Shown one piece after another: positions 10,536 through 20,491 of a stretch of DNA of 38,845 nucleotides. Made by a program: the position numbers and the translations under genes. Each line of letters begins with the position of its first letter. Positions within the stretch are counted from its first letter, which is position 1. The notes under the pieces were generated by a model, which saw only the letters and a program-made list of their open reading frames with translations, did no database searches and was not told the origin of the DNA. This DNA comes from a virus (Duplodnaviria > Caudoviricetes). Where the stretch lies: the IMG/VR virus record IMGVR_UViG_3300016476_000935, positions 1 through 38,845 of that record; one strand, given 5' to 3'.

Positions 10536-11150
10536 ATGAAAAAAATACTATTTATAACACTTACAGTTCTAAGCTTGCAAGCAAAGGCGCAGGTAATTGA
10601 TACGACCTTTATCACGGCCAACGAAACAGGGCTATTTTTTACTCACCTGGTTATCGACGAAACAGGAAAGCGGACACAAACCGACGTACCGATTCGGGAT
10701 ACTATGCAGCAGGTAGCAGCCATTAAGGCACTGACCACACAGGAAATTGGAAGGCGGTGTAACGACTGGGCAATAATTAGCGCTTACACTGCCGAAATTG
10801 GCCGGATGTTACGCGATGGAAACACGATTGAAACGCAGTATGGAGTACCTTTATTTGACACCACAGGCATAACACAGGTATTGACAACCGACTGGAATTT
10901 GCGAGGCTTCGCGGCTCAAGCAAAGGTGTACTTTAGAGTTTCGGCGACCAACGAAAAGGTGTTAGTACCTCGTCTGCAATACAGTTTTACCCGCGCGGCT
11001 GGATCCTGGAAGCGGGCGTATTTTTCACCTGGCTACCTACGTTTGACAGAGTTCGACGCGGATGGTTTTATTGAGTTCTTTTTCAAGGATGGAAGCTGGC
11101 AGAGCGTGGGAAGAACCGCTCGGTTAGTGCCTAATGTTGCGAGGCGATGA
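10536..11150 (+). CDS. Putative secreted protein
   Basis: Start reassigned to ATG 10536, giving signal peptide MKKILFITLTVLSLQAKA|Q. Confidence 0.75.
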   Translation: MKKILFITLTVLSLQAKAQVIDTTFITANETGLFFTHLVIDETGKRTQTDVPIRDTMQQVAAIKALTTQEIGRRCNDWAIISAYTAEIGRMLRDGNTIETQYGVPLFDTTGITQVLTTDWNLRGFAAQAKVYFRVSATNEKVLVPRLQYSFTRAAGSWKRAYFSPGYLRLTEFDADGFIEFFFKDGSWQSVGRTARLVPNVARR

Positions 11151-11260
11151 TGACAATTTGGAACGGTCTATTAAGCGGAATAGGCTTTTTTCTCGGTTTT
11201 TTCGTGGTTCAGTTTATTATTGATGATTTACCTAAAATCAAACGTAAATACTGGAAATGA
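11147..11260 (+). CDS. 37-aa single-TM peptide (absent from ORF track)
   Basis: MMTIWNGLLSGIGFFLGFFVVQFIIDDLPKIKRKYWK; ATGA overlaps with both neighbours. Confidence 0.7.
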   Translation: MMTIWNGLLSGIGFFLGFFVVQFIIDDLPKIKRKYWK

Positions 11261-11508
11261 TACAACAATTTGGCGCAATCTTGGAAAAAAGCCTAAAAGA
11301 GCAAGGATTTAATATAGTGCTTTTGTCGGCCGGCCTTTATTTTTTTTACTACAAATGGGACATGGCCGAACAAAAGATGGATTTAAAAATCGCGCAGTTT
11401 CAGACAGAAATTAGAGCTTGCGATGAAGAGCGTTCCCGATTATCGGTTGAGGTCGCCAAATTACAAGCCAAAATAGATAACATGATCGCGCGTCCTAAAT
11501 ATCGCTAA
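11257..11508 (+). CDS. TM plus coiled-coil protein (holin- or spanin-like candidate)
   Basis: Hydrophobic FNIVLLSAGLYFFYY followed by a heptad-rich tail. Confidence 0.55.
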   Translation: MIQQFGAILEKSLKEQGFNIVLLSAGLYFFYYKWDMAEQKMDLKIAQFQTEIRACDEERSRLSVEVAKLQAKIDNMIARPKYR

Positions 11509-11520
11509 AACTTAAAACTT

Positions 11521-11904
11521 ATGACAAAAGAACTATTTTTAGAAAAAATCAAATCAACAAACTTTTTGATGGCACTCATCCTGTTTGTTGGTGGTATAAT
11601 GGTTGCATTTCCACAAGAGGCGGCAATCGGTGGCCTTACTGCTATTCTTGGCTTGGTAGGCGTTGTTGGTACGTTTCGTGTTTATTTTAAAAACGCTCAA
11701 TTCGACCTTAAAGCGTGGGCAAAGAATGCTAATACTTACAACTATTTGGCAACGATTGTTACATTGTTTGTACCCGCCTTAACACCTCAATTTTTTACAG
11801 TTCTGCAAGAAACAATCGGTAAGGCTCTCGATGGGAACTGGCAAGGCGTTGCAGTTAGTTTATTCTCTTTAATTACAATCGCTTACAACGTCTTTAAGAA
11901 ATGA
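11521..11904 (+). CDS. Multi-pass membrane protein (holin candidate)
   Basis: About four hydrophobic helices, basic C-terminus. Confidence 0.55.
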   Translation: MTKELFLEKIKSTNFLMALILFVGGIMVAFPQEAAIGGLTAILGLVGVVGTFRVYFKNAQFDLKAWAKNANTYNYLATIVTLFVPALTPQFFTVLQETIGKALDGNWQGVAVSLFSLITIAYNVFKK

Positions 11905-12203
11905 GTGATCGGTATATTTTTATCCAAAGCTGGCAGGATCCCGGATCAGGTAAAGTGTTTGAGCCTGGCAATGTGTTTCGCACCGCGCCTCATATCGGTC
12001 AAGAGCTAATCGCCTTAGGCGTTGCACAACAAGTAGCAGACTTCACACTTTGCCGCCACAATCCACTATTGGCCGGTGGATGCGTATCAGTATCGACCGA
12101 ACAATTAAACAGCATTACAGAGGCTTTAACAGCGTCAAAAAATAAAACGCTTTCCGAACTTGTGGAGGAGAGCCACGATGAAACTGAATTGTTAACAAAT
12201 TAA
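11901..12203 (+). CDS. Hypothetical protein
   Basis: ATGA overlap; N-terminal half resembles the 5742-5936 product. Confidence 0.65.
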   Translation: MSDRYIFIQSWQDPGSGKVFEPGNVFRTAPHIGQELIALGVAQQVADFTLCRHNPLLAGGCVSVSTEQLNSITEALTASKNKTLSELVEESHDETELLTN

Positions 12204-12216
12204 AGTACTTTAAAAA

Positions 12217-12630
12217 ATGCCAACAACAGGAATTGTAAATAGTCGAATTATGACTATCTCAGTCGGTTCTACTGTTGTCACCTGCTTGACAGATGCTAAT
12301 TTGAATATTAGCGTTGAAAGTCGGGATACAACTTGTAAAGACACCGATTCTTACAACAGCTCACTCCCTGGTCGGGTAAGTTGGACAATGGGCGGATCCG
12401 CAATGTTCGCTTACGACAACACCTACACCTTTGATGACATTTACACGCTAATTAATACAGGAGCGACTGCAACTGTAAAGATTGGCACAAATGTTAGCGG
12501 TGATAAGACCTGGAGCGGAACCGCTTTTTTTACTTCGCTCTCCCTTAGCTCAGCAGGAAGCGATGAAAACGTTACCTTTGACTTTGAACTGCAAGGAACG
12601 GGCGCACTCACTGAGGCAACTAATCCTTAA
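12217..12630 (+). CDS. Major tail tube protein (TP901-1-like)
   Basis: ESRDTTCKD...LPGRVSWTMGG...TFDFELQGTGAL. Confidence 0.92.
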   Translation: MPTTGIVNSRIMTISVGSTVVTCLTDANLNISVESRDTTCKDTDSYNSSLPGRVSWTMGGSAMFAYDNTYTFDDIYTLINTGATATVKIGTNVSGDKTWSGTAFFTSLSLSSAGSDENVTFDFELQGTGALTEATNP

Positions 12631-12662
12631 TAGTCCGCACGCTGAACCTTCGTTTTCTTCCC

Positions 12663-12694
12663 AGCGGGCTGGCTTAGCGCTGGCCCGCTTTTTT
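12663..12694 (+). terminator. Intrinsic terminator after tail tube gene
   Basis: AGCGGGCTGGC/GCTGGCCCGCT stem then T6. Confidence 0.85.
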
Positions 12695-12716
12695 AATAAT
12701 TATAAATTTACGAAAA

Positions 12717-13049
12717 ATGACATACTTAGATTTTAACGGTACTCAATGCCCTATCCATTTTGGATTTGGGGCGCTTTATCAATACGAAAAAAATACCGGC
12801 CGTTCGGCAATCGCTGATTTTACGTCGAACAGTTCAGGGGAAAATATATCGGTGACTTTTATTGTGAACTTGGCGCACGCTGGTTTTTTATGTGGCGCAT
12901 CGGTCGAAAAGAAACCATTTCAATTTAATGATGATGATGTTGCGGCTTGGCTAACACCGGATCGAGTTGCTAAGGTTATGGAGCTGTTTATGGATTCGAT
13001 GCCGGCCGGAGAAGCGGGGGAGGTGAAGCCCAAACGAGCAAAACGATAG
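12717..13049 (+). CDS. Tail assembly chaperone (gpG-like)
   Basis: Between tail tube and tape measure; PIHFGFGAL motif; ends near slippery GGGGGAG. Confidence 0.8.
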   Translation: MTYLDFNGTQCPIHFGFGALYQYEKNTGRSAIADFTSNSSGENISVTFIVNLAHAGFLCGASVEKKPFQFNDDDVAAWLTPDRVAKVMELFMDSMPAGEAGEVKPKRAKR

Positions 13050-13375
13050 ATTGGGATGGGATGTTTGAGGATGCTGCACGTTTGGGCCTAAAAGAGTGGG
13101 AATTCTTTAATACAACGCCTCGTTTTATGTATCAAATGAAAAAAGCATTTGCAAAGGCCGAGGAGGAAAGGTGGGTATCAAGTCGCCTAAAAGCGTTTTG
13201 GATATTGTCGCCTCACATCAAAAAAGGAACTAAGCCAACCGACTTAATAAAGTTCCCTTGGGAAGGTGGTGTTAAAATTGATAATCCGTTTGGTACTAAG
13301 GAGGCTTTATTGGAAGAGATGCGCAAATTTAGAGAGCGTACTGAAAAAATGGAATTCAAACCCGTTAAAGGCTAA
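13016..13375 (+). CDS. Tail assembly chaperone gpT-like part, probably reached by -1 frameshift
   Basis: -1 frame open from 12974; G GGG GAG at 13016-13022; IDWDGMFEDAARLGL..WEFFNTTP. Confidence 0.7.
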   Translation, partial: GGGEAQTSKTIDWDGMFEDAARLGLKEWEFFNTTPRFMYQMKKAFAKAEEERWVSSRLKAFWILSPHIKKGTKPTDLIKFPWEGGVKIDNPFGTKEALLEEMRKFRERTEKMEFKPVKG

Positions 13376-13380
13376 ATAAT

Positions 13381-16119
13381 ATGGCAGTATCAGATTTAAA
13401 TATAACCATTGCGGCCCGGTTCAAAGAGTTTGACCGTTCAATGCGTCAAATTGAAAACCGGATGAGGCGATCAGCCGAAACCATCTCGGGCATTGCGGAT
13501 GGGATGATGATGAGCATAACGGCTCCAATCATTGCAATTGGCGCTGCAAGTATTAAGGCTGCTGGTGATATGCAGGCGCTTGAGTTAGCGCTTGAAACCA
13601 CGATGAAAAACGCGGGCTACTCCACCGAACAGGCGCGAATGGAGCTTGAAAAGTTGAGGCAGGTCGCGTTGGCTCCTGGCATTGACTTAGAACAAGCCAT
13701 TCAAGGTAGCATCCGTTTGCAGTCGGTCGGTTTTAGTGCCGAACAGGCCCGAAAAACGGTGCAAGAGCTTGCAAATGCGGTTGCCTCGACTGGTGGAACT
13801 GCTGAAAACCTTGAGAGCGTTACGCGGCAATTTGCGCAAATGTCCGCAAAGGGAAATATCCTAAACGAGGATCTGACCATCATCAAGGAGAATATGCCGG
13901 GCCTTAACAAGGTGATGATGGATACCTTTGGTGTGGTAACGGCTGAGGGTCTTAGAAAAGCGGGCGTAAGTGCTGACGAGTTTATCACAAAAATAACCGA
14001 TGGGCTAACAAGAACAGAGCGCGTACAGGGTGGAATAAAAAACGCAGTAGATAATGCACGTGTAGCAATTAAAGAGTTTTTGGCAACAATCGGAAGCGAA
14101 ATAAACAACGTCTATGACTTAAACGCAATCGGAAAACAAATCGGTGAAACACTTGGAAGGGCTGCAACGATTTTTAAAAATTTGGATTCTGAAACAAAAA
14201 AATCCATTGTTTCATTTGCGCTTTATGCAGCAGCAGCAGGTCCGGTTATTAAGGTTTTAAGTTTTTTTTATTCAGGTGGAGCGGCCGCAATATCTACTAT
14301 TAGAGGTCTTGGTGATACTTTTAAAAATTTGCAAGGTGCAATAATTGGCAATATTGACAAGTTCAATAAATTATCAACGGCAATGAAGTTTACCTACATC
14401 GGTGCTGCAATCGCTATTGTAGGCGCGCTTTATGTTGCTTTTGAAAAGCTAAATGGATCTATTAATCAAGCAATGCACGTATCTACTGCATTGAACGAGG
14501 TAGAACGAAAAGGACTTGAGTATTCTGGTGAACAAGTTGCAAAATTAACAGAGCTTACAGGCGTTGTTAAAAATGAAACTATTGAGCAAAATAAAAGACG
14601 TGGAGCGCTTGAGGAACTGCAAAGACTTTATCCTGGCTATTTTGATAATCTTAATATTGAAAAACTTGACATAACCGCTTTATCATCCGGTTACGACAAA
14701 TTAAGAGAGTCGATAATTAAAAGCTCTAAAGCAAGGGCGGCTGGTGAAAAACTTAATGAAATAAGCGCTAAGTCTTTAGATATAGAGCGTGAACGTCAAA
14801 AGCTAATTGAGTACTACAACAAAAGCCTTAGCGATGGCGCAAAATTAGAGCTTTATCAAAAGCAAATTACGCAAGCCGGAAGGGAAGAAGTTGAAAAATC
14901 TTTTGCTCAACGTCGGAAAGACTTTGCTTCAAATCTTGCAAACCTCGATAAACAATTAGCGGCATACCAAGCGGAAGAAAAAGCCGTTACAGATTTAAAA
15001 ATCAGTTATACAGATTACGGTGAAGCGGCTACAACTACAGGAAAACAAGTTAGCAAAGAGGTAGAAAATCAAGCTGTCAAGACTGAAAAAGCCGCAACGG
15101 TAGCAAGCGAGTACAAAAAAATCCTTCAAGACCTTTCAAAAATCCAAACGACCAACGCAGCCCTAAACCGCACACAAGCGGAAGGGATGGAAGAGTATGC
15201 GAAGGGCCTTGAAAAGGGTATTGAGAAGTTGGTGGAGTTGGGAGCGACCGCAAACAGCAAGGAAATTAAAGATCTGCAAAAATTAGGCGCTAATTTAATG
15301 CCTGATTTGCCGGAGGTGCCAATGGTGCAATCTGGGGCCGATCGTGCGACATTTGGCCCGGTAGTTTCACTTGAGTCAGGTGTAGTTGCAGGCATGAAGG
15401 AGATTAAAGTAGAGGCAATTGATACCACCTTAAAAATAGATGGTTTGTCAGCTTCCTTTGCTTTACTTGTTGCAAATATGGGAGCAAGCGAGGAAACTAT
15501 GAAGGCATTAGGTCAAGGCGCTGCACAAATGGCAAACATGGCTGGAGAGGCGTTTGGAGGTATTGCAGGATCTTTGGTAGGATTAGAGGGTGCATACGCA
15601 TCTGTAGGCGTTGCGGCACTTGAGGCAGCAGCGCAAATGTTACGTGCTGGCCTTGCAGCGGCAATTGGTGAGGGTATTAAAAATTCTATGATATTTAGTA
15701 AAAATCCATTGTTGGGTGTTGCGGTGGCTGGTGTTGCGGTGGCTGGTATCAATGCTGTATTTGATCGTGCAATGCAAAGCCTAAACAAACGCAGCAAAAT
15801 AACCAAGCTGGCAAAAGGTGGCTTGGCGTACGGTGAAACGCTTGCAATGGTGGGTGATAACCCTAACGCAAAATCGGATCCCGAGGTTATTAGTCCGCTG
15901 TCTAAGTTGCAAAGTATGATTAGTGGCGTAATAATGTCAGACATTTCAAGGCTGCAAACATCCGCGATAAGTTCGGCAACTTTGGCTCAAGCCGCTGCAA
16001 TGAATAACATCACCGGATCGGGTATGCAAAATATTAATGTGACCGGTAAAATATCAGGGCGCGATATTAAATTAGTTTATGAGCGCGAAACAAACATAAC
16101 TAACCGATTCTCCAGATAA
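13381..16119 (+). CDS. Tape measure protein
   Basis: 912 aa, helical and Ala-rich; FAQMSAKG..EDL motif; C-terminal LAKGG...PEVISPLSKL. Confidence 0.95.
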   Translation: MAVSDLNITIAARFKEFDRSMRQIENRMRRSAETISGIADGMMMSITAPIIAIGAASIKAAGDMQALELALETTMKNAGYSTEQARMELEKLRQVALAPGIDLEQAIQGSIRLQSVGFSAEQARKTVQELANAVASTGGTAENLESVTRQFAQMSAKGNILNEDLTIIKENMPGLNKVMMDTFGVVTAEGLRKAGVSADEFITKITDGLTRTERVQGGIKNAVDNARVAIKEFLATIGSEINNVYDLNAIGKQIGETLGRAATIFKNLDSETKKSIVSFALYAAAAGPVIKVLSFFYSGGAAAISTIRGLGDTFKNLQGAIIGNIDKFNKLSTAMKFTYIGAAIAIVGALYVAFEKLNGSINQAMHVSTALNEVERKGLEYSGEQVAKLTELTGVVKNETIEQNKRRGALEELQRLYPGYFDNLNIEKLDITALSSGYDKLRESIIKSSKARAAGEKLNEISAKSLDIERERQKLIEYYNKSLSDGAKLELYQKQITQAGREEVEKSFAQRRKDFASNLANLDKQLAAYQAEEKAVTDLKISYTDYGEAATTTGKQVSKEVENQAVKTEKAATVASEYKKILQDLSKIQTTNAALNRTQAEGMEEYAKGLEKGIEKLVELGATANSKEIKDLQKLGANLMPDLPEVPMVQSGADRATFGPVVSLESGVVAGMKEIKVEAIDTTLKIDGLSASFALLVANMGASEETMKALGQGAAQMANMAGEAFGGIAGSLVGLEGAYASVGVAALEAAAQMLRAGLAAAIGEGIKNSMIFSKNPLLGVAVAGVAVAGINAVFDRAMQSLNKRSKITKLAKGGLAYGETLAMVGDNPNAKSDPEVISPLSKLQSMISGVIMSDISRLQTSAISSATLAQAAAMNNITGSGMQNINVTGKISGRDIKLVYERETNITNRFSR

Positions 16120-19100
16120 TGGCCGCAATAAGATTTAAAGCAGAATTTGACAGTTTTTCCGGTGATCGGTATAATATTGAGATTTGGGATCGTGACCACG
16201 TCGGAGGCGTAACAGAGTTTTTTGTGGATAGATCTGGCTTTAGCTTAACGGCTGAGGCTACCGACCGAATATCGACAATTCAAGGAACGAGTTGCGATAT
16301 TGTTATGTACATACAAAATGCTACCCACGAGGCACTAATAACTGATTTATTGTCAAGCGAGGAAGGCCGTTTTTTGATTAATATAACGACCGGAGCGACA
16401 AGTCCACAACCTTATTGGAGAGGCGTGCTACTTCCCGATATTGGATCCTTTGAAGAGGCGCACTACCCATACCAACTTAAATTATCCGCAACGGATGGAA
16501 TTGCGGCTCTAAAAGAGATAAAATACAAGAATGGTAATTTGCCCTATACAGGCAAACAAAGCGCGTTAAAGCACATTCTTAACTGCTTAAACAAGATCCG
16601 AACAGTAGATGTATTGTGGGGTAGTTCAGATAACTTTATAAGTGTTTACGTGGACTGGTGGGAAACTACACACACGCATACAAGTTCAAGTCAATGCCCG
16701 CTCAATCAAACGTACATAGATCATTCTATTTTTTACAAAGAAGATGAAGGAATACAGGATTATTTGACCTGCTATGAGGTTATTGAGAACATTTTAACCG
16801 TTTTTGGCGCTCGTATTACATTTGGAGTTGGTAGTTATTGGATTGAACAGATAACTTACCGAACAGCCGCAACAATAATAGGCAGAGGTTACACCAAGTC
16901 AGGTACGTTTATTTCAGCAGGTAATTTTTCCGCTTTAAATACGATTGACCAAACAAGCGGTGGAGCGCTTGAGGCGGTTGCTAATTATGAATTTTTACCA
17001 GCACTAAAAGAGCATCGGCACACTTTCAAGTCGTTTCAACGTGCTAATCGACTCGATGGAATTGCGGATTTTACAGATGCTAACTTTGCAAATGTTACTG
17101 TAAATAAACCGATTGATAGCGAAGGAGGAAGCGCGTTTTTGAGATTTGCGGCTGATTTCACCTTAGCAATATCTTCAACGACCGCACCCGGAACAGCTTT
17201 TGAACCTTTTGTAGCGCTTTACCAAATCAAATTAAAAGTAGGTAGTTATTACGCTCGACGCACCTACACACTAACAAGCGCCTACCAAATTGAGTATTCT
17301 GACGTTGAATGGCTTACCGGTGTATCCTATATTTACCTGGCAGTACCAATAACAAACGGCTTTTTTTTAGGTAATACAACCGGATCTACCTTTACCTTTA
17401 CTCAACAGGTTGATATTTTAACCCAAAACCTAATTGATGATGCGGATAACTTTGATATAGAGATTCAGTTTATTAGGTTTGAAAAATACGATACAACAAC
17501 CTATACTTCAACGCTTTTTGACTTTGCCTACCAATTTGCAGATATGAACTTGCTTATTTACCCTCAGCTTGACGAGGATGAAAGGCGATACATTTGCGAA
17601 AACACACTCTTCCCAAATAACTCGGTAGTAAGTAAAACGCAAAGTTTAATTGGTACGAGTCCTTACAAAAATACGCTTGGAGCCTTATGGGTAAAGCCTT
17701 CAACAGATTATCAACTCGCTACGTTGTGGGGAGATGGTGTAGATACGCCAAACGCTTTTATAGAGTATTTACTTTGTGAGTTTATTGTCAGCGGTCAAGC
17801 AAAACCCATCCGCAAATTACAGGGCACTCTATTTGGCAACTTGTCAAAAATGGCCCGTATTTACTGGAAGGGCGCGTACTGGATCCTGCTTCGTGGTACT
17901 TGGATAGCAAACGAAGATCAATTTGTTGGAGAGTGGTTTGAGTTGTCGTACAATGAAGGATTAAGCACTTCACCACCTCAAACGATTAAGGTTAAACAAA
18001 TAGGCGTTCAGATTCCAACGCTACCACCTGCCACAACCAACGCAGGAGCATCTTATGAAATGGTTGCAAAACCTCCTGGAACGCTCTTTAATCCGTTAAG
18101 CCTTACGACTACCGATGCGCTCGCGCTTTCACCTGGCCCAATAACGACCATTCCAACGGCTGAGGCGATGGTCGCAGGTGATTTGTATGCTGGTGATACG
18201 TTGGCAATCCTTAATCCGATAACAGGTGCTTTTGATGAGCTAACAGTTACGGCAAACGTAACAACAGGAGCAACAAGCATTGCGGTATCTGGTACTTTGT
18301 CGGGAACGTATCCCAAAAATAGCTTGTTGATTAAAAAGCCTAAAATCGGATCCTTTTCTTTGCCGACTGGGGCCGTTGGCGATTTGTTGTACTTTGATGG
18401 AACGACCTGGACAGTATTAAATAAAGGAACTGCAAATCAATACTTAAAAGTCAATTCGGCCGGATCCGATCTTGAGTACGTTACATTAACCTTAACATCC
18501 GGTACAGTCACGTCGGTCGGTTTGTCTTTACCTGCCATATTCAGTGTATCCGGTTCTCCGGTTACAAGCTCCGGCACTCTTACGGCAGCATTAGCAACGC
18601 AGGCTGCAAACACAATATTTGCCGGCCCATCCTCAGGCGTTGCCGCTGCTCCTACATTTAGAGCCTTAGTAGCTGATGACATTCCAAATTTAGATGCTGC
18701 AAAAATTACGACCGGGTTTTTCGCTATCGCAAGAGGCGGCACCGGACTAACAGCTCTTGGAACAGCATTGCAAGTTTTAAGGGTTAATTCAGCAGGTACG
18801 GCATTGGAATATGCTACTTTATCAATTCCATCCGGTACGGTCACGTCAGTAGGCTTGTCGCTTCCCTCCATTTTTACGGTTTCAGGCTCTCCGGTAACAA
18901 GCTCCGGCACTTTAACCGGATCCTTAGCTACTCAAACAGCCAATCAAGTATTTGCAGGGCCGACAACAGGGGCAGCAGCTTCACCGACGTTTAGAGCATT
19001 GGTCGTTGATGATATACCTTCGATTCCAACATCAAAACTATCTCAATCGAGTGCGGCCAATGGTCAGTATTTGAGCTGGAACGGAACAGCCTGGGTTCCG

Positions 19101-20111
19101 ACCACATTAGCGGGTATCATCGGCACGCTTGTATCAGGTCGTGTACCAGTAGCCGATGGAACGGGATCGCTAACCACTGATGATAGCTTTTTGTTTGATA
19201 CGGCTTTAAATAGACTTACCATTGGAGCTACATCGCATGGAGGTTACTTGTACAACCTATTGGGCCCAACCCAATCATCTGTACTACAAATATTTGATTT
19301 AAGCGCTACAATTAATGGATCCAATCTTTATGCGCAAATTAAAAATAACTCAAATCTTAATAGCAGTTCAAATACACTTTTTAACATTCAAGTTGGCGGC
19401 ACAAACGCAGGTGATCCGGTAATACAATGGCAAGTTCCCGGATCCGGTGGGACTACCTGGTCAGCTGGTATTGATAATTCTGATTCAGATAAATTTAGAA
19501 TTATTGACGCTTCAAGCCCATCTAATACTGGTCAAGGTATCACAATAACTACAAATGGTAAATTAGGTATAAATAACGATGATCCGTTTGTTACTCTTGA
19601 TTTAGATAACAATACCGATGGAATTTTATTGCCTAATGGCACATCATCACAAAGGCCATTAGTTGCCGGTCTTCCAACAGCATGGATATTAAGAGGTAAT
19701 ACTTCGTGGGTAGGCTTAGAATGGACTGGCACAAGCGGCAATGTGTTTCAACTTACATCCGATAAAGTTCCGGTTACATCTCAATTAACTTGGTACTCAG
19801 GAGCAGGTACAACGGCTGCAACATCCGTATCGTTTAATACTGACTCAAATCAATTAAACTACGAGATTGTATTTACAACCACATCAAGTCCAGCGGCAAA
19901 TTCAGATGTATTTAAGTTTACTTTTAATATATCAGGCGTAGTACCTACAAGAACAGGTCGTGTATTTATAACACCTCGCAGCTTTACAGCCGCATCGACT
20001 TCGCTACAATGGTGGGTGAGTGCGCAAAATCAAGATAACTACACAATCGCAGTAGCTGGAACGCTGGCAGCAAGTACAATTTATCGTTTAAATATTATGG
20101 TAGTTTACTAA
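16119..20111 (+). CDS. Tail tip/tail fibre protein
   Basis: Follows tape measure; C-terminal half has SGTVTSVGLS and PTFRALV.DDIP fibre repeats. Confidence 0.85.
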   Translation: MAAIRFKAEFDSFSGDRYNIEIWDRDHVGGVTEFFVDRSGFSLTAEATDRISTIQGTSCDIVMYIQNATHEALITDLLSSEEGRFLINITTGATSPQPYWRGVLLPDIGSFEEAHYPYQLKLSATDGIAALKEIKYKNGNLPYTGKQSALKHILNCLNKIRTVDVLWGSSDNFISVYVDWWETTHTHTSSSQCPLNQTYIDHSIFYKEDEGIQDYLTCYEVIENILTVFGARITFGVGSYWIEQITYRTAATIIGRGYTKSGTFISAGNFSALNTIDQTSGGALEAVANYEFLPALKEHRHTFKSFQRANRLDGIADFTDANFANVTVNKPIDSEGGSAFLRFAADFTLAISSTTAPGTAFEPFVALYQIKLKVGSYYARRTYTLTSAYQIEYSDVEWLTGVSYIYLAVPITNGFFLGNTTGSTFTFTQQVDILTQNLIDDADNFDIEIQFIRFEKYDTTTYTSTLFDFAYQFADMNLLIYPQLDEDERRYICENTLFPNNSVVSKTQSLIGTSPYKNTLGALWVKPSTDYQLATLWGDGVDTPNAFIEYLLCEFIVSGQAKPIRKLQGTLFGNLSKMARIYWKGAYWILLRGTWIANEDQFVGEWFELSYNEGLSTSPPQTIKVKQIGVQIPTLPPATTNAGASYEMVAKPPGTLFNPLSLTTTDALALSPGPITTIPTAEAMVAGDLYAGDTLAILNPITGAFDELTVTANVTTGATSIAVSGTLSGTYPKNSLLIKKPKIGSFSLPTGAVGDLLYFDGTTWTVLNKGTANQYLKVNSAGSDLEYVTLTLTSGTVTSVGLSLPAIFSVSGSPVTSSGTLTAALATQAANTIFAGPSSGVAAAPTFRALVADDIPNLDAAKITTGFFAIARGGTGLTALGTALQVLRVNSAGTALEYATLSIPSGTVTSVGLSLPSIFTVSGSPVTSSGTLTGSLATQTANQVFAGPTTGAAASPTFRALVVDDIPSIPTSKLSQSSAANGQYLSWNGTAWVPTTLAGIIGTLVSGRVPVADGTGSLTTDDSFLFDTALNRLTIGATSHGGYLYNLLGPTQSSVLQIFDLSATINGSNLYAQIKNNSNLNSSSNTLFNIQVGGTNAGDPVIQWQVPGSGGTTWSAGIDNSDSDKFRIIDASSPSNTGQGITITTNGKLGINNDDPFVTLDLDNNTDGILLPNGTSSQRPLVAGLPTAWILRGNTSWVGLEWTGTSGNVFQLTSDKVPVTSQLTWYSGAGTTAATSVSFNTDSNQLNYEIVFTTTSSPAANSDVFKFTFNISGVVPTRTGRVFITPRSFTAASTSLQWWVSAQNQDNYTIAVAGTLAASTIYRLNIMVVY
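18426..19091 (+). repeat. Two diverged 333-bp (111-aa) tandem repeats in the tail fibre
   Basis: TCCGGTAC.GTCACGTC at 18498 and 18831; boundaries approximate. Confidence 0.85.
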
Positions 20112-20434
20112 TGGCAATATCAACAACTTCAACATTTGCCCTCTTTGAGGATAATGGCATTGACGCGGCTGCACGACTTTTTAAAATTTCGACCATTGAT
20201 GTCAAATTTGAATTAGATGCAGCAGATAATTTAACAGCAACCGTTACACTTTACGACGCAAACAGTGCAAAGGTAGCAAACAACGCTTTTACACTTTCAA
20301 GCGCAGAATTAACAGCAGAAGAAGCAACTTACACAACCGCTTTAGGCACTGTTCGCGATGCAGTAGAAAAAGCAATAATCACACGATTAGAAGCAATACC
20401 GGCTAACTCAGGGGCTACTTTTACCTTTAGTTAG
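20111..20434 (+). CDS. Hypothetical protein, possibly tail-fibre associated
   Basis: Start overlaps fibre stop; last gene before convergent terminator. Confidence 0.7.
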   Translation: MAISTTSTFALFEDNGIDAAARLFKISTIDVKFELDAADNLTATVTLYDANSAKVANNAFTLSSAELTAEEATYTTALGTVRDAVEKAIITRLEAIPANSGATFTFS

Positions 20435-20460
20435 GTAGGATCTTTTTCGTGAATGCAAAC

Positions 20461-20489
20461 GGGCCGCCTCAAACGAGAAGCGGCCCTTT
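20461..20489. terminator. Probable terminator between convergent operons
   Basis: GGGCCGC...GCGGCCC hairpin with short T tail. Confidence 0.65.
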
Positions 20490-20491
20490 GA

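Noticed and set aside
11147-12203. Complete two-component spanin
   Set aside because: No lipobox-containing o-spanin ORF found nearby
768-19741. Many minus-strand ORFs within structural genes
   Set aside because: Antisense shadows of well-supported + strand genes
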